Shown: in pieces, positions 1-9,000 of the stretch
Layout of the letters: every line of letters starts with the position of its first letter
How positions within the stretch are numbered: position 1 is the stretch's first letter
Virus record (IMG/VR): IMGVR_UViG_3300024269_000036
Location: 1 to 64,000 of that record
Length of the DNA: 64,000 nt
Source of the DNA: an uncultured virus (IMG/VR IMGVR_UViG_3300024269_000036)
Lineage: Duplodnaviria; Heunggongvirae; Uroviricota; Caudoviricetes
Direction: 5' to 3' (one strand)
Position numbers and translations under genes: made by a program
Notes under the pieces: generated by a model
Database searches by the model: none
What the model was told of the DNA's origin: nothing
Seen by the model: only the letters and a program-made list of their open reading frames with translations

Positions 1-1
1 T

Positions 2-592
2 GAGTGGCGTCTCGTTGATGGCGAATTTGTAGATACTGCAGAGATGGTAAAGGGTGAGTTCGGTGAAGAACTCGCAAAACTTGATGCTGTAATCAAAGAG
101 GTCTCAGGTAGAATTGATGCCTTAGATGATAGAATGGATGTTGTTGAAACTTGCATTGCTGATGTTGAGGAGAACATAAAGAACAACGAATCTGAAATAA
201 AAGTTCTTGATGAGAAAATTGAACTTGAAAAAAGTGAGAGAATTGCAGCAGATGCTGTTCTTGATGGGAAGCTCGTTGCTAATGAAGAAGGCTTATTGAA
301 AGAAACTGAGGCTCGTATTGATGGGGACATGGCCCTTGATGACAGGATTGATTCTGAGGAGAAACAGAGATATGAGGCAGATGCTGACCTTCAGAGGCAG
401 ATAAGTGAAAATAAGGTTACCCCTGCTGATGATACACTTGTGATAGTACCGGGTTTTACCGATGAAAATGGTGCCGTTGAAGGGGCTAAAATTTCGGTGA
501 AACTTCCATTAGGTGGAATGATAAAGTTTGATGAGGAAGGACTTTATTTTGATGGGGACTACAGTTTCGGGGGAAACATTATAACTGAGTAA
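2..592 (+). CDS. Putative virion fibre/coiled-coil structural protein, 5'-truncated by window edge
   Basis: Frame is open from position 2; acidic heptad repeats (E..R..AD..L) like neighbouring fibre proteins. Confidence 0.6.
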   Translation, partial: EWRLVDGEFVDTAEMVKGEFGEELAKLDAVIKEVSGRIDALDDRMDVVETCIADVEENIKNNESEIKVLDEKIELEKSERIAADAVLDGKLVANEEGLLKETEARIDGDMALDDRIDSEEKQRYEADADLQRQISENKVTPADDTLVIVPGFTDENGAVEGAKISVKLPLGGMIKFDEEGLYFDGDYSFGGNIITE

Positions 593-609
593 GAAGAAAT
601 TAATATATC

Positions 610-2451
610 ATGAAGAATAGATTACAATTTAACTATTATATGCCTGCTTCTTTCCCTTATACAAGGGAAAAGGCGGTGCTTTTCATAGAAAATCTCTTCA
701 GTAAGAATACAAATTCTCAAACTTCCCTTCCTGCTGAGCCTGTTGTTGTCTTTTATGGTGAAACAGCGGAAGAGTCGACGCCATTGATTGGTATTGGACG
801 TGGTGGTGATGGTAAGGATATTCTTAATAATATGCCTTATTATCTGATTGACTATACAAAGGCGATTAATGACATTGAAACTCTTTTTGGCAATGTAGAT
901 ACTTTAAAAAAAGAGGACGAGAAACTTAATCTTGCTATTGCTGAAATTAACAATAATATTGATGAGATTAAGAAAAATGCAATAAGAATTGAGGAGAAAT
1001 TTGATTCGGAAGTCAAGAGAATAGATGAAGCAATCGCCACAGAAATATCAAGAGCAACGGGGGTTGAAGATGAAATCAAGGGATTACTCCATGAGGAATC
1101 CGACCGTGCAAAAAGTGCTGAAAGTGACCTTCAGTCTAAGATTAATGTTAATAGAACATACGCTGAAGGAGTTGACCAACGTCTTTCTGAAACAATTGCA
1201 AGCAACACAAATGACCATACCGAAATAAGAACTGCAATAAATGCTGAAGTTGGGAGAGCGACAAGTCGTGAAGATGCGTTAAGTGGTGAAATTGCTGCAG
1301 AATCATCAAGAGCGATGGGCGCTGAGCATGAAATTAGTGATAGGCTTTCAATCGCGATTGCAAATATTGACTCAGCCAAAGCAAGTATTACAACTAATAA
1401 GGTAATGTCAACAAATAAAACCATTGGTGTTGTCGCTACCGATGGTGTTGGAACTGACCTTTCTGTAAATGTTGACCAAAAGACTATTGTTATTGATGCA
1501 TTAACAGGTAAACTTAGTGTTGACGCAAACGAAATTAGACAACCAATTAGTTCGGAAGATAAAGTTCTGACAAATGATGAAAACGGTCTTTATGCTCAGC
1601 TTTCATTGATGTGGGTGAAATCAACAGACGGGGCCGCCAATGATGAAATTCAACTCATCGGTAAGAATGGTCTTGTAATTTCAAGAATTGATGTTGCGGA
1701 TTTCATTAAAGATGGTATTCTTAATGGGGTTGAACTCATTGATATTGATGGTGTTAGTTATATTCGTTTTACTTTCAATACGGGGGAGGTAATTGACCTT
1801 AATGTGAAAGACCTTATTGATGTTTACAAGGCGGGTGACGGTCTTCAACTTGTTGACAACGTTTTTTCAATCAAGAGGGATGCAACTTCAGAGAATTTTC
1901 TTACAGTATCACCTGACGGTATAAAGGTATCGGGCATACAATCTGCAATTGATGTTGCTAATGTTGGGCTTGTAAATGCAATTGATGCTGTTGATGCGAA
2001 GGTTGAAGTGCTTAATGGGAGTCTTGAAACTCCTGGTTCGGTAAAACAGATAGTTTCACAAACAATCATAGCAAATGAGGTGACTGATATTACTCCGGAG
2101 AATGTTTCGGGACAAACTCTTCTTAGACGAGTTGCAACTTCAGGCTCAATTTATGCTTCGAACAGGGCAGCCGACATTGTTTATGTTGGGGCAGATAGTT
2201 CGCAGTCCAATGTTAATGTAATTCTCACAAAATTGCTTGAAGAGAATGCAATTCTTAAGGAAAAGGTTGCTGTTCTTGAAAGTAATGAATATAAGGAGGC
2301 TCTTTATACGGAATTTGCAAACAGAATTTACAATTCAATTAAGGGCACAGCACTAGAAATTGGTGTTAAGAAAACTTATGACGTAACAGATGCAGTTAAT
2401 GGTCTTGAAATAGGTTTTGCTGATGACGCTGTTTTCCAAGCAGGTGCTTAA
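610..2451 (+). CDS. Putative fibre/structural protein (coiled-coil plus shared DFIKDG...FTFNT...YKAGDGL module)
   Basis: 613-aa ORF with E..RA..AE repeats; module shared with the 14319, 29477 and 31453 ORFs. Confidence 0.65.
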   Translation: MKNRLQFNYYMPASFPYTREKAVLFIENLFSKNTNSQTSLPAEPVVVFYGETAEESTPLIGIGRGGDGKDILNNMPYYLIDYTKAINDIETLFGNVDTLKKEDEKLNLAIAEINNNIDEIKKNAIRIEEKFDSEVKRIDEAIATEISRATGVEDEIKGLLHEESDRAKSAESDLQSKINVNRTYAEGVDQRLSETIASNTNDHTEIRTAINAEVGRATSREDALSGEIAAESSRAMGAEHEISDRLSIAIANIDSAKASITTNKVMSTNKTIGVVATDGVGTDLSVNVDQKTIVIDALTGKLSVDANEIRQPISSEDKVLTNDENGLYAQLSLMWVKSTDGAANDEIQLIGKNGLVISRIDVADFIKDGILNGVELIDIDGVSYIRFTFNTGEVIDLNVKDLIDVYKAGDGLQLVDNVFSIKRDATSENFLTVSPDGIKVSGIQSAIDVANVGLVNAIDAVDAKVEVLNGSLETPGSVKQIVSQTIIANEVTDITPENVSGQTLLRRVATSGSIYASNRAADIVYVGADSSQSNVNVILTKLLEENAILKEKVAVLESNEYKEALYTEFANRIYNSIKGTALEIGVKKTYDVTDAVNGLEIGFADDAVFQAGA

Positions 2452-2475
2452 TATTAGAGAAAAACGTTTAAAAGA

Positions 2476-2829
2476 ATGGCTTTTAACAATCACATAGGAA
2501 TTTATGCAACAATGGAGGAGTTTCAGGCAAATGTTAACTTGCTTGAAACCCCTTGGGTTGCTTATGTGGGAACCCCCGGGTCTCCAGACTATAAAGTTCT
2601 TTACCCAAATGACCTTGTTGTAAAGGATAATGCGGGTGTTAATATTGCTGAGGAAATTCTCAGACTTAAACCTGTTATATGTACTCAGGATGAGTACGAT
2701 ATTCTCATTTCTGAAGGTTCAGGATATGTTACGGGTGCTGATGGTATTACCAATGGTCCTGTTGATTATAATCCTGAGGTATACTATTATACTTATGATG
2801 CCACTGAGTTGGAAGAGGAGGAAGCATGA
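2476..2829 (+). CDS. Hypothetical structural-module protein
   Basis: 117-aa ORF with ATGA overlap to the next gene. Confidence 0.7.
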   Translation: MAFNNHIGIYATMEEFQANVNLLETPWVAYVGTPGSPDYKVLYPNDLVVKDNAGVNIAEEILRLKPVICTQDEYDILISEGSGYVTGADGITNGPVDYNPEVYYYTYDATELEEEEA

Positions 2830-3017
2830 TTTATAGAAATGGCATAGAATTAACGGGGCTTAAAACTCCTAAAAAAGAAAGTATTGGTAAAGGGCTGACC
2901 GTACAGGCAATTTATTATATGGGGGTAGTCCTCTATCAGGCAATACGTTCTTGTTTTGGTAGCGGCATTTGGGTGAATACCAAAGGTTGGGCCAATGATG
3001 AGGCGTGGAAAAATTAA
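2826..3017 (+). CDS. Small Trp-rich protein (MIYRNG...SCFGSGIW...W...WKN) preceding the giant protein
   Basis: 63 aa, translationally coupled; recalled as a small Bacteroidota phage tail-region protein type (not searched). Confidence 0.65.
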   Translation: MIYRNGIELTGLKTPKKESIGKGLTVQAIYYMGVVLYQAIRSCFGSGIWVNTKGWANDEAWKN

Positions 3018-3041
3018 AGATAAAAACATACCAATTATTAT

Positions 3042-6000
3042 ATGGCAAAGAAATTTTGGGAAGGCGAAGTAAATATGTTGACCGATTGGGGTGGTGATGC
3101 CTCTACGGGTAATCTCCCTCTTTCAGGAGAAAGAGTACAATCTTTCATTAAAGAAAGCATTAATTCTAAAGTAGGTTATATTGGTGAGGTAAAGACGACT
3201 TCAGGTGGTTTCTACGTTCTTTGTAGGGATGCTGAAGTTTTTGCTGCTTATCAGGAGACCATTACTGAAGATGCCCCATTTGGAGACCTCACCCTTGATG
3301 GTGTTGTGGGTCGTTTTGACGCTCCTTTTAATTACACGATGAAAATTGAGGTCCTTGAACCCGAAGGCGGTTATAAGTCCGCACTGGCCGGGTCTACAGG
3401 AAATGTGATTCGTTTTAAGGCTGAGACACAGGATAACTCAGGGGCTCCTCAGCAAGAGGGTGTTACAGTTACTTACCGTATCAAGAACGGTAGTGGAGTT
3501 GAATCATCACAGACAATTATTTACCCTTATAATCAGATTTCGGATGGAGTGACATATAATCTTGATGGAAGAATATCTGCAGGCGAAAATGTTGTAACAA
3601 TAACAGTTGTCGGTGAAAATACGGGTATTTCAAGTATGCGCCGTATCACATACAACCTTTTGGATATATATTTTACTGATAGGTTTGATATTACGAAACG
3701 TTATGCGTTCGATTCGACTGGCGTCCTTTCAATCCCTGTGGGATATGACCTTAAGGGTGTCGGTGAAACCACTGTTTATTATTATTTTGATGGGAATCTT
3801 CAAGGTGAATATAAGGAAAGTAATGAAAATCCTGTTATCAATAATGCAAACAAGAATTTTGTGTTCACAACACACGATGCTTGGATGAATATCGGCCTTC
3901 ACACTCTTCAGATGTACATGAAGTGCGTTGATACCGAATCAAAGGAAGCATTCTACACCCCAATTTATTATAGGGAATTTATTGTTGAAAACACTCCTAC
4001 CGAAATTGAAACCCCTTATATAACAAGAAAGTTGGATTTCGATTACTCTAAAGGTATTCTCCCTAAGGGTGGGGTTCCTACTTATTATGGGGCAAAACAA
4101 TTTGAAAACCTTGCAATAACTTATGCTGCTTATTATAATGGTAAAAGTACTTGTAATGTTAAGACATATATTGAATATCCGGGAATGGATATGATGGAGA
4201 TTTCTACTGAAGACCTCCCACTCGTTCTTGACAGTTTCTCTGCAATCAAGAAACAGGAGTTCAATCTTTTAGAGGAAGGTCCAACGAAACTCTATCTTCG
4301 TGCTTATTATGATGAGGAATACTTTGAGGCGGAAGCAAATATCGAAATTGATAAGAGTGATATGAATCTTACAACTTCAGATGAAGGCGTTGTTCTTTAT
4401 CTTAATGCTTTTGGTCGAAGCAATGACTCAGATGACTTAAGCGTCCTTGCAAAATGGGAGTACCGTTATCTTAATGCATTGGGGCAGGAAGAAGTAATTA
4501 CCACCGATTTCTCGACAAACGAATATGTTGTCGTATCTTCTAAGGATAATGATGGGAATATAATTCCACCAACAGGTATTGAAGTTGATAACTGTCTTGA
4601 GGTGGACGAACTTCCTCTTGAAGAGAATGAAGATTATGACTTCTTGATTTTTAATGGGGAGTATTATGCATGGAATCGTGAGTTCGACTGGTCAAATACA
4701 TCAGGATGGTCAGATGGTAAACTTAAACTCGCAAATGGTAATGCAATTACAATTAATTACAAACCATTTGATGAGGATAAACTTGCAACAATGAAGTTGC
4801 AGGGAGCAACATTTGAGTTTGAATTCGAGACAACCAATGTATATAACGATGATGCTGTGATTTGCCGTATTTGTGGTAGTGATAATTTTGCCCCTGGTAT
4901 TAGTATCTATGCTGCAGGTGCTGAATTGGCGATTTCTCGTGATATTGTAACAGGGGATGGGGAGAATTCGGGATATGCTAAAATGGTGTCTACTAAATAT
5001 AAGGCTGAGGAAAGTAACCGCATATCATTTGTTATTACCCCTGACCTTAATGAGGAAGGATATCGTAATCGCATATTGAGTATTTATGTTAATGGTGAAT
5101 ACTGCGGTGCATACGCTTATGATGCCGGTACAAATTTCTACAATGATTCAAAAATCATGTTCCGAGGAAATAAGGATGCAGGTATTAATATTTATTCGAT
5201 AAAACTCTACAACAGAGCACTTTCAAGTACTGAAATTCTTGATAACTTCATTTATTATAGGAACAGCAGTGCTGAGAAGAGAGCCCTTTATGAGCGAAAC
5301 AATATAGTTCTTGAATCTAATAAGGAACAGTTCGATGCTGACAAACTTAAATCATCAATTCCTGTAATGACGTTCTATCAGATTTTTGAAAATGAAAAAA
5401 TTGAAGACCTTCATCAGGAGAAGAAGAATAAAAAGTTAACAAGACACTTCGATGTCCTTTATACCAATATTCAGAACCCAAGTTATAATTTCTTTGTGAA
5501 ATGTGCTTATATTACTCCACAGGGTACTTCTTCAATGAACTATCCGGTGAAGAATTTCCGTCTTTATACAGCAAAGGATGATAGAACGGAACTTTATGTT
5601 GGTTCAAACATTTTCTTGGATGGTAACCCAGGAAATCGTGATGCAAGTAATCTTAATCCTGAAGCGCTTGTTGCAAAGGGTAAATACGCATTTAAAGAGG
5701 GTTCTATACCTGTTAAGTGTTGGTGCCTTAAAGCCGATTTTGCTGAGTCATCGTCATCACATAATACAGGTACTGCACGTTATTGGAACGGTGTGTTGAA
5801 AAATGGTGGATACAAGACCAAAGCACAGGCAAAGGCTGAAAAATATGCTGAAGAATATCCATATGATGTCCGTACATGTATCGATGGTTTCCCAATTGTT
5901 CTTTTCTACGAAAGATTGGGTGGTGCTGCGCCGGAATTCCAAGGGAAATATAATTTCAATAACGATAAATCAACTGAAGATGTCTTCGGTTTTACCGGCG

Positions 6001-9000
6001 GTATTGAAATTGACGACCAAGAGGTTCAATATTTTTACATTGGTAATGAAAAGCCTATAATACATGGTGAAGAGGATGATAAAACAGGTGAGATAGAATA
6101 CGCTTGTTCTTGGTCAGAGGGTGGTTACACTTCAACCCCTGACGTTGATTCGGACCTTTATACATCGAAATATCTTGAGGACGGTTCACAGGAATGGTAT
6201 ATGCTCCGTGGTAAAGAACTTCTTGATAACCCTAAGATGGAATGTTGGGAACTTCTTAACTCGGTTAATGAGCTTGCACTCTTTAAGACTGCCAAGGGAT
6301 TCATGGTTGGTGACGATGATGAAAAGGTTGGTATTCTCGTAAACGGTTCATTTGACGGTGCTTTCGAGTCTCGTTTCCCTGACTGTGGTGATTATTTCCA
6401 CACAAACTCTTTGAGGAGATTTGCTGAATGGCTTGTTTCTTGTCGTTATTTGAATATCGACAATGAGACAGGTATGGCTGTGCCGTTCTCACAGGCAGCA
6501 CTGCCAACAGAAAATTACTATCGTGACGCTGATGGAAAACTGATTATCCAAAGTCTTACTAAACAAACAGGGACATTTAAGATTAGTTATCCTAATTATA
6601 ATTTCTATACTGAGGTCCCATATGAATCAATTTCATCGCAAATCACTAAAGATGGTTATGCATTGACAGAAATTGCTGATGATGTTATTGACAGTATTGA
6701 ATACAATGAAGTTGATGTTATTCCTACTGAAAAAGATAGTGAATATGAATATATTAAATGTGGCGACTATTTCTATACATGGCAGTTAAGTAATCTTCTC
6801 CGTGTTGATGTACTCCCTGAAGTAGAACAAGGAAATTATGATTTTGTTTGTGTCGGTGGAGACAAATATTATGTATGGAAAAACGAATTTGACTTTGCTC
6901 CATATTATGAGGCGCAACGTGTTGATGACACTCCTTTCAACAGAGCATTAAAATTTGCTGTGGAGAAATATGACCATATTGAAATGGATAAGATGGCTGC
7001 TTATTATATCTATCTTATGCGTTTTGGTGGTGTTGACCAAACCGTGAAGAATAGTATGTTGACAACTGAAGGACCTAATACAAGTGACCCTAATTCAACA
7101 TTGCCTTCTCTTTGGTTTTTCATCAACTATGACAACGATACAATTCTCGGTGTGAAGAATGATGGTCGTCTTGTTTTCGACCCTTACATTACTCGTGAGA
7201 CTAAGGATGGTACTGGTTATGTATATGCGGGCCGTGAGTCTACACTTTGGAACAACCTTGAGGCTGATGTTGAGTTCATGGAACATGTGACTGAGGTTGA
7301 CAACAAACTTACTGATTCAACTTCAAACCCTCTTTATAGCCTTTCATACGCAAATGCATTGAGAGAATATGACACAAATCAATCTGATATGTGGTGTGAG
7401 CGCATTTATAATAAAGATGCTGAAACTAAATATATTAAGACTTATGTAGAGGGATGGACACAGAAGGTCGATAAAGAGGGCACCGCAACTCACGTTTATG
7501 AGGATTATCTCTATGACGTGCAGGGTTCTCGTTCGGCTCATAGAAAATGGTGGCTTGGACGCCGTTTCAACGTGTTTGACAGTCGTTTTGCTAATGCTAA
7601 CTTTAGGGCATCACTTATTAAGTTCCGTTCAACAAACCTCCCTGCAGGCTCTGAGTTTACCATTAAATCAGGTGAACCTGTTTATTATGCATGGGGCCAT
7701 GATAATGTTATTACGGAGATGACTCCTACTGCACTTATTGCAGGTACAAATCATACTTTCAGAACTGCGTCAGCATTCAATATCGGTTCATATCTTGAAC
7801 TAATGGGTGCTGCGAATATTTCTACATTTGACCTTCGTGGCTGCGTTGGTGCGTTGACTGAAATTGACGTTACCGGTTGCTATTCTCCTTCAGTCGGTAC
7901 CAAAATGAAAGAAATTCTTGTTGGTGACCATACACGAACTGATTTAGTGAACAACGGTACTGCAATGAAATTCAGTGGACTTGATGTTGCTGAGAAACTT
8001 GAGGTTCTTGACGTAACTAACATCAGGAATATTGATAAACTTGATGGACTTAACAAACTTCTTAATATCCGCAACGTATTTGCAAAAGGTACTTCGATTG
8101 CCAATTTTACATTTGCGGATGGTTGCCTTGTGCAATATGTAGAACTACCGTCAACAACTGAAACACTTTCATTGACTAGGTCATCAATGATTTATTATGA
8201 TGGTATTGTATCAGAAGACCCGACATTTGCGAGATTGAATAACCTTACAATTGACAATTGTAGGAACCTTATGAATGATTTCAACTTTGTATTGAATTGG
8301 GTTGCTGTTAAGAGCAATAGGAATGAACTTAACAAAGTTAATCTTAATCTGCAGGGTATCAATTGGGTATTCGATAGAACCAACTATAACAAACTGTTCT
8401 CTTTGGCGGGAATTGGTAAGTCGCAGTTATCATCATTGAACGTTCGTGGTAATATTGAGATTAAGTCAGACCTTACCTTCAATGACATTGCGCAACTTAA
8501 GTCGATTTTTGGAGTAGATTGTTTCAAGGAAGGTTCTGCAGTGTATATTAAGGCATATACAGGTGTTTATGCGACAGAGGTTCCGTACATTTATGAAGGT
8601 GATGGCGATATCCGTATTGACGTAACAACAGTAGGTACACAACTTGGTGGTGAGATATCTGTTTATGCAACAGTCAACGAAATTGAGGAGGATGGTACTT
8701 CAGTAAACAAAATTATTGAGGCTACTGAAGGTATTATTACAATGAATACTGATAATCTTAAGAGGGATTATTTCACCATTAAAGTATTGGAGAGCAACAA
8801 CAATTATACATATTTGAATCTTTCAATAGAATATGAGGATGAGAAAAATGAAATACCACTCCAACTTTCTATCCCAATTAAGAAACGTATCTACCCTTCA
8901 GAACTGTCAATTATGTCATTAAAGGATTTGTATGATGATGACGATAAGAATAAACTTTGGATTGATTTCATCCCTTCATCAGTTAATGATGAAGAACTCG